Positions 23,781-37,441 of a stretch of DNA of 64,000 nucleotides are shown piece after piece. The position numbers were made by a program, and so were the translations under genes. Below the pieces are notes generated by a model, which did no database searches, was not told the origin of the DNA, and saw nothing but the letters and a program-made list of their open reading frames with translations. Origin of the DNA: Fistulifera solaris (taxonomy: Eukaryota); the NCBI GenBank assembly GCA_030295235.1, contig AP026126.1, positions 1,674,001 through 1,738,000 of the forward strand. The letters are read 5' to 3'. Each line of letters starts with the position of its first letter. The stretch's first letter is position 1.

Positions 23781-25345
23781 TTATAGCTGCTCTGATGTGT
23801 TGCCGATTACTTGTTCATCGCTGTAGTATTTGTAGAACTGGTCCAACTCGAAGACGTTTTCTATACTTCCTAAAAAGGTGGGAACCCTAATCAAGCAAGT
23901 CAATAAAAACAGATGAGACAACCCTTTCTTTGGGACATCATCATAAACTTCAAGCAAGCAAACTCACCTTTGATGTGTTTCTTTCGGCTTGACGTCAAGT
24001 ATTCGCCTGCTACCTGTCGACCCAGCTCCTCCCGCCTGTTCCATGATCATTGCCATGGGTGCCGATTCGTAGAGCAGACGTAGCTTTCCTTCTTTATTGC
24101 CCAAAGTTCGAGGATATCCATAAATTCCACCATTGATAAGAACATTGTGAACATCGGCAACCATCGATCCAATATACCTTGCCGTGGATCTTTCCGAAGA
24201 AGAGGAAGATGAATGAGCTACTCATGCGGATCAAATATAATTGATTGCTGACAAAGTCTTACCGCTTTTTGATTGAGCTGGAGCCATGTTTCAGTGCGCT
24301 GAGATACTTTTGAACTGGTTCGTCGAAGTCGTTGTAATTGGCCTCGTTAAAGCTGTATATGGCTCCATTCGAAGGAACTCTGATATCTTGATGAGTGTGA
24401 AGAAATCTGGACACGTCAGGATCCAAAGTAAAGCCATCCACACCAGATCCTAACGTTAGTACTAAGATTGTCGTTGCACTTTCGACCGAGCACAAGAATA
24501 TGAGAAAGATGAAGTTACGCGAGCAGGCGAAGCAAGCCCATTCTTTCGACGTAACAAGACTTACGAGTACAAGCAATATCCAGCTGCCACCAATGAGTTA
24601 CCGTCCTGAAGAAAGCTTTCGGCATTTACTGGCTTTCCTGGTTGCGTGCGATAGATACCAAAAATGCTTCCCACCGGAAGTGAGGCGTCAATATTTTTCG
24701 ACCCGTCGATCGGATCGAAGACGGCAATGTATTCCCCTTGACCAAACACGGAATCATTCTTTCCATCATGAAGCGAATAGCAGGTGAGATTCCAGCTTGA
24801 GCATGCGTTGCACATTTGACTGAACCTTACCATGACATCAGCGCAACATCGGGGTTCATCTTCTTCTTCCGAGGCCACGGAATGAATATTACAGCTACTG
24901 CCACAAAAGGCTTGCATCATGATTGTGTTACAAAGAACATCCAGCTTTTGTTGAACCTCTCCTTGCACATTTTCTTCGAGAGGCTTTCCTGTCGAATCCA
25001 CTGCGACACCATACACATCATCGGTCTGCGCTCTTTGTACGATACGGTTGATTTGTTTACAAGCTTCCGCCACCGCCTGTAAAACCGGTTCTAAACCACG
25101 CAATTCCGGTCGTTTCCAGCATTCAATCTCCAAATATCGAGGAAATGTAGTCAACGCTTTCTTTTCAATTGTTTCGGAAGTTTGATCTGCCCGCTGTCGG
25201 ATGAATCATCCAAGGAAGTTGCGGACAGTCTGTGCGTTACATGTCTCAGTTTGTAGTTGCTCCGTGACGCAGCTTGAAAGCCCATCGACGGCGTTAGGCA
25301 ATGCAAGCAAAGGAAAACTCCGAATAAAGTGATTGAATGTCTCAT
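23781..25345 (-). CDS. FBP: Class I fructose-1,6-bisphosphatase, plastid-targeted; four introns, frameshift near 25155
   Basis: [63 protein letters not shown]; signal ending SMG-F. Confidence 0.92.
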
Positions 25346-25525
25346 TTGTGATTTGGATGCGCAATGAAAGACCCGGAACACGCCACGGCCCGGCGGCTGA
25401 TTCTATCGAGAATGAAGATTGTGACGCCTTTTCTATCAAACGGATTCTCGGTGCTATTAGAAAAACTTTCCAGATATGAGGCGGTCGATGTTGAAGCTTT
25501 ACTAAGTATTTTATCGTTACCAGGG

Positions 25526-25809
25526 GTTTTAAGCTTCGTTGAGATTGTCTCCATTTTTAGCAAACGTTTTCCATAGCTGCCAGCTACGGCCGGCAGCTGC
25601 CATGTCGTACCAGTACCAGTATCAGTAGGCGGCCTACGAGATTTCCACGTATGCATTCGAAGTGTTGTATCTTTGCTTTTCCTGTGTTTGATGTTCCAAG
25701 TAATGTCAATTCTTGGTAAGGGGCTCTATAAATGTATGTTGATGAATGTTTTGAGCTTCGTTGAGATTGTCTCCATTTTTAGCAAACGTTTTCCATAGCT
25801 GCGAGCTGC
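25526..25809. repeat. Intergenic direct repeat with 49-bp exact core, copies 222 bp apart
   Basis: AGCTTCGTTGAGATTGTCTCCATTTTTAGCAAACGTTTTCCATAGCTGC at 25532-25580 and 25754-25802. Confidence 0.95.
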
Positions 25810-26236
25810 CGGTACCGAACCTGGTACAGATTACAGGAAAGGACGGTAGGACGTTAAAATTCTGCCTCTTGTACAAGATTCTACGTAGCATCTACGACGA
25901 GGCAGAATTTTACCTTCATCGACATTTTGTCCTCTCAATGTCCGTCAGACGCACGGCGAACCTCTCATCCATTCAACTTTCAACATCTCGCCTTTTGAAA
26001 GAAAAGATCTTCACCTCACACCATGGTCGAGGAGTCAGTCCATTATTAAATCAAGCATTTCACCCAACTCACACATCATGACAAGTTGCTTGTCGGTCGT
26101 TAAGTTCTGTTTGAGATAGCCTCTTTATCCCACGCTCCATTCCTTTCTCCTGACATCCTAGAGTGAGAAAATCAATAGCCACACTCTGTGCCATCAAAAG
26201 AATAAGACGAAGAAAACGAACTACTCCGTATCACAA

Positions 26237-27233
26237 ATGGGAAGGTTATCACGTGACAAACGCGACATCTTTTATAGGTTAGCAAAGGAGAAAGGCTACA
26301 GGGCCCGGTCTGCCTTCAAACTTTTGCAGCTTGATGCTGAATTTGATCTGTTCGGGCTAAAGTCGAACGGTGGTCTGAAAGTTCGACGATGTGTGGACTT
26401 GTGCGCGGCTCCTGGTTCATGGTCGCAGGTGCTTGCCGATAAATTGTATGATATCAAAGAAGAACTACGGAAAAATGCACATGATGATGGATCGGATGCA
26501 CCGATACCAAACGACCAAGGCATCTACTCAATCCCCGATATTGTCGCGATCGACTTACAGCCCATGGCACCTATCGATGGTGTCTTGACCATGCAAGGGG
26601 ACATCACATCGATTGAAACAGCGCAACGTGTCATTGAACACTTTCAGGGCGGGCGGGCAGAACTAGTAGTATGTGATGGAGCACCCGATGTAACGGGGCT
26701 ACATGACGTGGACGAATATCTGCAAAGCCAGCTGTTGTTGGCAGCCATGCTGATAACAACGCATGTTCTTTGCGACAACGGGACATTTGTGGCAAAGATT
26801 TTCCGTGGTCCTAACATCGGTTTCCTGTACTCGCAGCTTCGCCTACTGTTTGAAAGGGTCAATATCGCCAAACCGTCCAGCTCACGGAACTCTTCTATGG
26901 AGTCTTTCGTAGTTTGTCAAAAGTTTAAAGGCGCCCCCTATCAAAATCTCCCGCTAGATATTGGAGGTTATATCGATTTGCAAAGAATGAATCCCTTGAT
27001 TGGGTCTGATGTGACCAATGAACAAAGTTTCCACGATTTAGATCCGTCCGTCGTTCCTTTCATAGCCTGCGGCGATTTTGAGTGATTGGAGTTACAATGG
27101 ACAGGTCTTAGATGCTGATAAGAGCTACCCAATAGACGTTGAGCAATACAAACCACCGATTGCTCCTCCAATCAACCCTCCATACAATCAGAGCATAGCA
27201 TTACAAAAACAAGAGCGTAGAAAGATGGCTTGA
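26237..27233 (+). CDS. TRM7: tRNA (cytidine32/guanosine34-2'-O)-methyltransferase, FtsJ family; frameshift near 27076
   Basis: [47 protein letters not shown]-terminal DADKSYP and PPINPPY resume after removing one T. Confidence 0.93.
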
Positions 27234-28229
27234 CAAGATTGCGGGTACGTAACTATGGATGTTTCCTTTCGATGCGCACGGGGATTTTCTTCAGGCATTT
27301 AAGGTTCAATCTTGAATGTCGTTTTACTCCTTCTGCAAGAACAATGTTGTCTGCTTTGCCCTTAGTGATCGTAACACAGTCGATCATTGAGCTTTACCGA
27401 TGGACCCACACACTGACTATTCTTGCTGTAATCTAGATAGGGAAGACTACTGATTACCATTTTGCACCGAAACTGAAATATAAGGATGACTAGGCTCAAG
27501 CGCAAGAATGTTGGAACTACTTTTTTTAATGAGTCCCATTACTTACGAAATCAACGAGTCTTTTGAGAAGGAAATGGCGTTATGGCTCCTTTGAATTTCA
27601 TATTGCTAGAAAGAATCAACGATTATCTTTAGAAGCTCGATTTGTTTTCCATCTTTGCGTTCTTTGTGAATAATGATTTGATCTGTAAAATTTTAGCTCA
27701 TCCTACGTATTGAATGGCAATGACAAATGGAGGTTTATGTGATAAATCCAACCGCAACATCAACGCCAGCAACAGCTTCAATGTAGTTATAATATTCGCT
27801 TTGTGGCTTGGCAAGAGCTGGTCAACAATCTTATCTTGGTCGTACAACTGTCCTTACGAGCAAGAAAATTCCGGGACTGAAATTTACTTGAGTCACGGCA
27901 AGTCAAGACAACACTTTGGTTCATACAATGGACTTTTTCGTGTCGCAGTGAGTGTCGGTACAAAATCTCGGATCTCCCACACGCCGCTGCCGATCACATT
28001 GGCGACCATTGCAATGTGGCAGGAAGTGCAAAATAAAATAATGATGTCTCTCATTTCTTTTCATTTCTAGTCAACCTGTCGTCTACTTTCTTGAGTGAAG
28101 CTGCGGTCTTGTTGCTAAGTCAACTAATTACTAGCAGTCCTTTTCGTACAGTGGCGATCAAGAAACACTTCTGAAACGAATGCGAGTGCCTTGTCCCTCC
28201 TTAAAACGACAATAATTTAAAACACCAGG

Positions 28230-30384
28230 ATGCAACTACTAGGGGCTTCTATCACTCCCAATCCTGAGTTTGTATCAATATCCTTACTGATTAAGCAAGA
28301 TCATGCAAGTCACCAGGAGTCGGTGATAGAACGCACAATCCTCGTGTCACCTTCATCGACCATCTCTCAAATATCAGTCGACAATGCACTCCTGGAACTC
28401 CACAATTATCTGACTTATGTAATCAGCGCTTCTTCCGAGAAAAATTCAAATGAGTCGTCAGTAGACAGCGTCACTCTTGAGCTGCTGCGGGCGGATGAGA
28501 GATTACTTTCCTCGATGCAAATCTTTCGGCCGATTGTTGGCCAAGGGATGGGACTATACTACCGACTCGTGTGCCCAAGCGTCGGCAGTCCATTGTTTCA
28601 AAGCCTAGTTTCATGTTCTGTGTCCAGAAACGTTAGCGCAACCCCAGCGAAAGTAGACGTATCAAAGATTCAAGGGGTTATTTTTACTGTGGGGATTTCT
28701 GGTCTTGCTTCGGCGTACTGTTCTTCGCCTCTGGAATATTCCTTATCCCAGCGAGTTAGTGATTGTTTCAGCTTTATCGAAAAAGTTGGAGTAGAGGATA
28801 CAAATGCTACGAAACAGCTACTTTCATCGTTCCTGCTCTGGAAGGATGAGTCAAAGAAGTCAAATGCAGCTGTTGAAACAAGGAACGCTATTACTATTCC
28901 CGAGCTTGATGATGCCGCGAAAAGTTTAGTGTCGCCGCTACGGATAAACCGGAATAAGGCTGCTCCCAAATCGGCAGAAAATGGTTTCAAGAAACAAATA
29001 TCGACGATTCAAATGGTGGCCGCCAATTCTGCAGAAACTGCACGCGCGATGGTCGACCGAATGACTTTACTTTCGGTATCTGAATCACAAACACTTTTAC
29101 GCCCTTATGAAACACCAGGATTGCAAGGAGAGCGAATCTTGACTTTTCTGGATTATCAAAGTCTAGATTTAGACGGCGGAAGGGTGACGGGAAAGATGCT
29201 GATTTTGATGGCTTTGATTTTAAAGGCAATATCGAGTCCGTCTCAGTGAAAGGTGGTCTTGCTCCACAAAGCAGTCGAGTGAGTAGCACTGGCAGTGTGT
29301 CTTCACTCGGAAAACCACCTAAGCAATTTAAGGGCCCGCAAAAGGACACGAGGACGAAAGGTGCATCAGTTTCTGCGCTTTCTGCTCCCCGGACAGATGG
29401 CCAAGTACGAAGGAAGAACAAGTTACACTTTGACGACGATACATCCGATCATTTTAAGGGAGGTTCTAGTGTCGCTAGCGTGGGAAGAATTCAAGTCAAT
29501 ATTGCTTTGAACGAAGATCTTTCATGTTATTATAAGGATTCGCAACTGTCTACGTGTAGCGTCGAGGGCATCATTCAAGTAAGTTTGCTTACAACGTTCG
29601 AATTTTACGGTTTCATCTTTGCTGATCGAGTGTCTTATAGGTCCAGCTCAAAGCGAACGTAAGAACGCCGGGTCCATTTTATCTACTTTTGAGAGACCCC
29701 GCACAGCAAATAGCCTCATTGAACGAAAACAAGAAGTTTGCCGAGGACGTGACCACCGAGCTTGCAAGGGATAACGAAAGCGAGTATGCCGATCGAAAGT
29801 TTACTGTTAAAGTTCCAACAACTGAGAGCTATTACCCCATTTTACGTTACAAATGCTCATCAAATCTCCGACCTGTCCCGATCGTAAGTACTCAGGATGC
29901 TTTCACCGATCTGTTGACATAATATTCTTTTTCTTAAGTTTCTTTGACTGAAAAGCGAGTTCAAACAAGAGTAAAAGTCGATGACAATGCATGCCGCGTT
30001 GCTCTACAAATAAGTTCAAATCCAAACAATTCTGCGAGTCTGACGGATCTCACCATCATTATGAGTGCACCGGATCTTGTCGTAGGTGAAAGTCTATTAA
30101 CGCAGCCTGTAGGGGGAGTATGGGATGAAGAAAAGAGAGGCGTAGTATGGTGCGTTTCAGAGCTAGGTGGAGGCGAGAAGTTTCAACTTCAAGCTAGATT
30201 TGAAATGATTAAGAAGTGGACATCGAAAGACATCTTGCAGTTCCCCGTGACCGTACGTTGTCAATGCCTCTTTGCACAACTGAGTGAGATCGAAATGGAA
30301 GTAAGAGATATACCGGAACGTTATACAGCAGAAGTTGCAATGAAAGTCGCGAGGCGATTTCGAGTTTCTCATAGAGAGAAATAA
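28230..30384 (+). CDS. Protein with C-terminal mu-homology (muniscin/adaptor-like) domain; two introns, frameshift near 29190
   Basis: VNIALNEDLSC...SVEGIIQ, PILRYKC, PVGGVWDEEKRGVVW, FPVTVRC. Confidence 0.65.
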
Positions 30385-30541
30385 GTGTTAAGTTTAGGGC
30401 AATGGTGACGACTTACTTATGGAGGAAATTTAGTGCTAAGGAAGGAAACAATCGTAATCAATGCTAATCATTCAATTCTACGTTCAAATCTCTGTCACAT
30501 TTTCGTCATCTTCTTGCTTAAAGGGAATCATCGGGCTGGCG

Positions 30542-31353
30542 TCAGCTAGAGGCGTCGTGACGGCTTTTTTTTGACGAGTTGTGGATTCTCCAACATTGTT
30601 CTAAAGCTGCCAACGATTCAGTGTCTGTTGATGCAATAGACAACTGCGGCGAACGTGCCTCCTTGCGTCGTTGACTTCGCTTTGTAGCATTCCACTTGTT
30701 TTTGATGTCATTGTCCGTGCGATTCTTCATGAGCTTTGCCATTGCACTCCATCTGTGAGCACGCATTAAGGAACAACTTGAGAATAGCGAGAAATGGCAG
30801 ATATGTAGCACAGTTTTAAGCTTACCGAGGTCCAAATGAACGGTACATCTCATAAATCAGCTCTTCCTCTTCAGCTGTCCATTCCCCCTTTTTGATACCA
30901 GGACGAAGGTAGTTAGTCCATCGTTCCCGGCACTGTTTGGCGGATCGCTCTGTACCCATTACCATACAAACCTGGTTCCAGGCTCCGGTATTCTCGAGAT
31001 TAGGATCGTTTGTCATCACATCCTCGACGGCGTTGCAAAGATCCTTATCTTCCTGTACGTGGGGTCATCATCAGTGTTTGATTCCATTGGATAGTCACAC
31101 ATCATGGTCTTACCGATTTGGTCCAACGATTTCCTTTCTTGCCAGCACTCATCGCATCACTCAAGACACTCTGACTTGCTTCTTTTGAGAACTGTTCCAA
31201 AAGGTTTGGCTTGCTGGGAAGCTTTCGATGTGACCACATGGGAGTATGCATGGTCGAAGATTTGATGGAAGCACAATTGCCCGAATCCTGTAAGCGCATT
31301 TTCTTAGGACGAGGAGTATCGTTGTGCGCTGCTGAGCGCTTACGATCGCTCAT
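30542..31353 (-). CDS. R2R3-MYB transcription factor; three exons, start uncertain
   Basis: NRWTKS|ED, RSAKQCRERWTNYLRPGIKKGEWTAEEE, WSAMAKLMKNRTDNDIKNKWN. Confidence 0.9.
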
Positions 31354-31606
31354 TGTATCAGAAATCCCAGCAGACAGCGGCAATCTCAGTTGAGCTCGCG
31401 TTGATCAGCAGCGGTTTGTAGAACCTGTTGATGCAATCAGAGACTATGCAACAGGATTCGCCGTCGAATTCAGGATGTTCCTTTCCGCTGTATGATACAC
31501 ACTCGCTTCCGTTACTGTGTTTTATGACGATCATCGTTTGAAATCGCGTCGCGACGCAATCGGCGCATCAAGGCGAAGAGGATCCCAATTGGATTTAATT
31601 GCTTGA

Positions 31607-31766
31607 TACCAGGTACCGTACCTGGTAATGAGAAGAAGAAAAAGAACGGTTTTCAATTTTTGCCGATCGTTTTTCCAATGCTTACCGAAGCGACATGACC
31701 AGCAGATCGACTTACTTGGATGCTAGAATTGTACTCCGTACCAGGTACCGTGCCGGTACCTGGTAC
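31607..31766. promoter_or_regulatory. Two inverted repeats built from TACCWGGTA in the divergent MYB/NAP1 intergenic region
   Basis: TACCAGGTAC-C-GTACCTGGTA (31607-31627) and GTACCAGGTACCG-TGC-CGGTACCTGGTAC (31738-31766); regulatory role is inferred only. Confidence 0.5.
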
Positions 31767-31971
31767 CAGTACGGCACGGTACCAGTATGCGGCGGCATGT
31801 TGACAAGACTTCCGTCAGGCGTCGGGTTGATTTCGTCATTGCGTCTCTTTCGCGTGTCTCATCCATCGGAAATTCGAAAATGATACGGAGTACTGTAGTA
31901 GATTCCTTCGACATGATTATTTATGAGATAGCCTCTAGAGCCGCTTGCTATTTTTAAAAGTTAATTTTAAT

Positions 31972-32990
31972 ATGACTAACGGTTCTAGTGAGCAGCATGA
32001 CCTCGTACCGCCCGACTATGCTCTCGGGGACGACACGGATGACGAAGATCAAGAATCGGACGACGAAGTAGATCCTTTGTCGCACCTCCCTACCTATGTC
32101 GTCAGAAGAGTCGAAAAGCTTCAAGATCTTGATGCAAATCGCGAAAGTATAATGGAAGATTACTTGAAAGAAAGGGCTGCGCTTGAGAGAAAGTACAGTA
32201 CCTTGATCAAGCCTTTGTACGAAAAACGAGCCGAAGTCATCCGTGGTGAGCACGACGAATCGATCGCTAATGCAACTCCCGCAGAGATTCGTGATAGCCA
32301 ATCTGACGAGGAGAACGTCACAGGGATCCCACAATTTTGGGCGTGTGCGATGACTCATATGGAAACGATTGGGGAGCTCATTACGGAAGAAGACGTAGAT
32401 TGTCTAGAGCATTTACAGGATATTCAATGTGAAGACGACGTGGATGGAAAAGGATTTACTTTACGCTTCTTCTTTGCCGAGAATGAGTATTTTACGAACA
32501 CAGTGCTCACCAAATCGTATCAAGTTCCCAACCTTTTGGTATCAGACGAGCCCATGATAAAGAATGTCGAGGGGACCAAGATTGACTGGAAGCCAGATAA
32601 ATGCCTCACTCACAAGAAGATAACGAAAAAGCAACGTGGCAGGGTAGACACGCTGGACAAGTTCGAACGATTGTACAGCAAGAAGAAAAAGAATCTTTTT
32701 TTAACTGGTTTAGTGCTCCTGAATTACCGTCGCTGAATCCGGGTGTCGATGAGATGGACGAAGAAGAAATTGAACGTTTAGAAGAATTATTTGAAAGCGA
32801 TTATGATGTAGCGCAAGCGTTTCGGTCAAATGTTATTCCGAAGGCTGTTGGTTGGTTTACAGGAAAGGTGAGTGGGCAATCTCTAGAATGGTTTACCTTT
32901 GCGATGAGAACTAATAGTGTTTAGGCTATGCAAGAAGAAATGGAAGGAGTGCTGGGAGGCGGCCAGAATGCGGCCGACGAAGGAAATTGA
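31972..32990 (+). CDS. NAP1: Nucleosome assembly protein (NAP family); frameshift near 32640, intron near 32868-32924
   Basis: LERKY, GIPQFW, ENEYFTNTVLTKSY, GTKIDWK, ESFFNWF, IPKAVGWFTG. Confidence 0.92.
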
Positions 32991-33429
32991 GGTTGACTTG
33001 TAGTATTCTATTTTACAGAATCCTTCATTCGTTTTAGTTTGTTTGAATCGACTTGTAGGTTGTGGGTGTACAAGCACTAGTACTGCCTGAAAAACCATAA
33101 GTCGACAAACAATAACTGTATTTAAGATACTATGAACGTACCGGTACCGACTCACGCGATGTACAAAAAATGGAGCGTGTTGTTGAATATTGTCGCCCAT
33201 GAGCTTGAGGTGCATCAATGCAACTCAATAATACAAACGCTTGGTTCGTGTCTAATCCTTTCACTTCATTAACTGACCGAGCGTCACAGGAGAACGCGCT
33301 AGCTTCAATCCAGAAGATTTTATAGAGCCTGAGAAACTTTCCGCGCATTCTCACACAAGAACGTTTTCGCTTGTTGATAGCAATCAGCACTTCATTTCTT
33401 ATCCTTTTTAAGGGCTCTAAGCTTCTTCC

Positions 33430-36400
33430 ATGTCGCTTTTGCAGAGACTATCAGCTGAAGCGAGAGATGCCGTGCAGGATCTCTACAGCAATTGGGTTCT
33501 CGGTGACGATGCGGGGAAGTCAGCGCGTATCACTCTGGTTGTGAGACCACGTCGCGCTGTTACAAATCGTAACCAGCCTCTGCTTGACTTGGGTATGACT
33601 TTCATTGAAATTAATGGGAGGGCATACGTCAAATCTGTTTTACCAGGGTCCCTGGCGCAAAAGGCGGGGGTGTTACCCCAAGATGCCGTGCAATTTGCCA
33701 TGTTGTATCGGAAAAATGGTATTTGTCGTCACATGATGAGCATGACCTTGTTGATCGCTCTTCTGCAAGATCACGCGAAGCTATTGATGAGATTGCGGCT
33801 AAGCATGTGTTGGAATTAGAGTCAAAAGGTGTACGAATTTCTTACGACGAGCTTAAAGCATTGCTAGCACAAGGGCTGGATCCATTGCAATCTGCATTTT
33901 TATCACCGTCGACGTCAAGCAAGTCAAGAGGAAACCCTTGGAATGGTCCTCCCATACCAGCAACTGTCAATATTTGTGTTCCCTTAGAGGCCTCGATTAA
34001 AGATGATTATAAGAACTCACGCGGAGATGGTACTGACGATTGGTATCGTCGTCCAAATTCTCCCTTTTCGCATGAGATGCCACGACCTGTGGTTTTTGTT
34101 TTTCGACGAACGCGTCAGAGGCGATCTTTGCAGGCCTATACATCGAATTTAACGCCTTTGTTTCGGTTAGATGACGAGTGTGATTTTGCTACGTCATTGG
34201 TTCAAAGGCTCGCACCTACTGGTGACATGGCGGCACCTCCTCCGAATATGTTCGAGGAGTTGATTCACGACGGTACCGACTGGCTGCTTGGACGAGAAAG
34301 CATGTTACCCCCAAAATCGAAAGAAAATGGTTCGCAACAAATGACCAAAACCCTACTACCTGATAACAACGACGAGGATCCCATTCCATTGGACGACTTC
34401 GAAAAGCAGAGAGCTGCAAAACTTGCAAAGCTTCGTGCGCAAATGGCTGCCGAGTCGGGAAAGACTGGTTCGGGCAGCGATGTTGAGGCGGAAACGATCC
34501 GGGGTATGATTCAAAAGGCAGTGGGTTTGGCGTTTGTGCGATCGGGTAAAATGGTTTTGGGCGTTTCATTGCACGCTGGAACAGGACTCGTCATTGCTCG
34601 GCTTTCCGACGGAACTTGGTCGGCACCGTCTGCTATAGGAACGTGGGGGCTAGGATTTGGGCTACAGTTTGGTCTGGAAGTTGCAGAGTATATATTTATT
34701 TTACAAACACAAGATGCTCTCGAGCACTTTCGAAGGGGGAGGGAGTTTTACCATAGGGGGCAATGTTGGTATAGCTGCCGCGGGGATCGGCCGTGAAGCG
34801 TATGGAGCAGCGAGTATTTCCGGAGCATGCGGCAACGTGAACACCGTAAAGGACGATGAGTACAACGACAATGATACGCAGGATGAAAAGATAACCCCAG
34901 CTTTAGCAATGACCCCGATAGTGGCTTACGCGAAAAGTCAAGGATTGTACGTGGGCGTTTCGTTGGAAGGGTCCAGAATTTTTTCTCGGGACGATATTAA
35001 CTGCCGAGCGTATAAGTTCGAACTCGGTAGGGACGTCACTGCGAACGATATATTGTCTGGCAAAGTTGCTACGCCCACGGAAGCGGAAGATCTCTACGCG
35101 GCATTGCACACTGTCGAATTTGCTCACGAGATGTCATGCTTACCTAAACCTCCGGCATTCCTAGACTCGGCTAGTTCGTGGCGCTACGATCGATTTTCTT
35201 TTGGACGAACTTCGTCTGCACCGGCGTCTCCGAATAGCAATCAGGGCCAGCCTTTTTCATTCCTGAACAATTTGACGCCAGAAGAAGCAATCGAATGCGA
35301 GACTTTCGAAGCGCAGTTTAAGAAGTTTATGTACGGGGGAGTGTCTGTTCAAAGAATTCTTCCTGACAAGAAAACCCAGTCTGGAAAAACAAGTAAAGAA
35401 CGCAGGACTTTGTGGCTAATGCTTCCGGAAGTGGGGTCGCTGAGACTCGGTTTCCTTTCCAAGCTCAGTGACGGTGAAGGAACATTTTCAAACAAAAGTA
35501 GCACCCAACAGGCTCGGCGCGACGAACGAAACCGACTCGCGGCTGTGGATGGAGATGTTGCAACTGTTGCGTCTGAAGAATTGACTCTTGACTCAGCTTT
35601 AAATACAAAGGTATGCCCGATTGTTTCTTGAGGCTTTGTCTTCATATCTTTTACAACTAATGCCGTTTCCTTTTGTTTTTCAGGATGGTTCAACAACCAT
35701 TGGTCAAAACATACGTCCGGGAAACGTACTTCTGTCACATAAGCATTCAGTCGCTTTGACGGATGTTTCTGTCTTGTCTCATGATTCACCTGTTCCTCTC
35801 CGTTTTGAGGAAGACAAAGTGGAACATCTTAGAGTTATTTCTGTTCAGGATGTTTCGGGTACGACCTTGCTTTTCCTTGCTAACAACTTCCGCGAGGCTG
35901 AACTGTTGATATGTGGCTTGAAACTGTTACTAGAGCGGGAAACAACTCGATTAGGAGTTCGTGGTGGTTTGCCCCTTAGAGCTTTCGGTGGAAAATGCCT
36001 CGAAGGGGCCATGTCACCTTCGGCTGCTCGTGGGTTTCGCGATGCATCAATCATTAGCACTCGTACTTCTTCTAGAGGCTCGAAATCATCCAATTCGCAT
36101 GTCAACGATCTAGATGCTTGCAATGAGAATGAAGAGAACTTGGTCGATCAGTACCAGCGAGACCATGAAGGGGTGGCTGATCGAAATTGGGGGGAATGTG
36201 CCGGGGAGAAATTACATGCGAAACCAAGCTGCCACTGCTGTTGAATCTGATGACAATGGTTTCATAGAAAGAGGCTTCCCGCAATACATTCACGGTCATA
36301 CAATTGTAAAAGAGATTGTCAACAGTGTTCGAATTCCTCTTTCATTTTCGCTGTGTCGGGAGCTTTTATTGGATTCCACATCTCCTGTTTTCAGAGCCTG

Positions 36401-37392
36401 GGAAAAGGGACGTGGTGACAAGAACTTTGAAAAAACAAGATGGTCGTTCCCATCTTCTCAGTCAAATCATGATCAGAATTTATCAGACCGACAACGAATT
36501 GCGACCATTAGTATGGCAACTGCATCGCGTACCTTCACCTTCGATAGACCAAGATATGGCTCCACCGTACGACTCTCCGAAACGCATTCGATCGAAACTG
36601 ATGACTCGAATAATGTTGTATTTTCAATCGCCGAGCGCACGCCAAGACGAGGATTTTCTATCAGAGTGCGCGTCGTCCTTAGTGCTCGGAGAAACAATGA
36701 ATGCGACGCTTACGTCTCTGCGGATATTCGCCCAATCGGAAAAGATATGTCGAACCAAGCGGCAGTTCACAAAGCTTTTCTTCTGGTAGTTGACGAAATC
36801 AAGCAACGATACGGGATGGACAACAACGGTCTTGTTTCATGTTTTTTCGCCATTGTCGACGAAGCGGACACGGAGTCGTCGAAGATTTTGCGAAATAATG
36901 TTGGCAACGGGCCGCCTTCGGTTTCTCATGTGTTTCGCAAAACTGACCCATTGTTGGAGGAGAAAAAAAGCGACCTATCATTGGGAAAACGGTCAGCAAT
37001 CAGTCCTAGTAAGACGAGAACCTCCGGTTTCGTTTCGCTAGAAGACATGCTGAAGACGGGCCGTACAAGTCCGGAGCCCACGCCTGGAGGCTTCAATCCT
37101 AGTAGAGCCAAAGAGGAGTACGGTTCATTTGTACCCGAGATAGAAGATGAGAGATACGGCGTGGCTCTTCACGAAAAACGAAATAGACAGCCTGTCACCG
37201 TTGAAGTAAAACCTCTTCCAAAGATTCGTTTAAGCCTCATGCCATCGCCACGAGAGGGAGGATGAAGAGGAAAGTAGCGCCAATACTCAACAGCAACGAA
37301 AAAGCAGTCGTAAGAAGGAGTCGCACTCTAGTCGCTCGAGTTCACGCAAAGCTTTTCAAAGCACAAGCGAAGATACAAAAGTACAGATCTAA
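33430..37392 (+). CDS. Large multidomain protein: PDZ-like, SYLF/Ysc84, PH-like and possible VASt/START-like domains; several frameshifts, intron near 35611-35683
   Basis: PDZ-like LGMTF..YVKSVLPGSLAQKAGVLPQD; SYLF GTGLVIARLSDGTWSAPSA, FGLQFG, KSQGLYVGVSLEGS; PH-like end EAELLICGLKLL. Confidence 0.75.
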
Positions 37393-37441
37393 CAATAGAC
37401 CAACGCAACTTCTTACCGTCTACTTTTACAAATTATATTCC

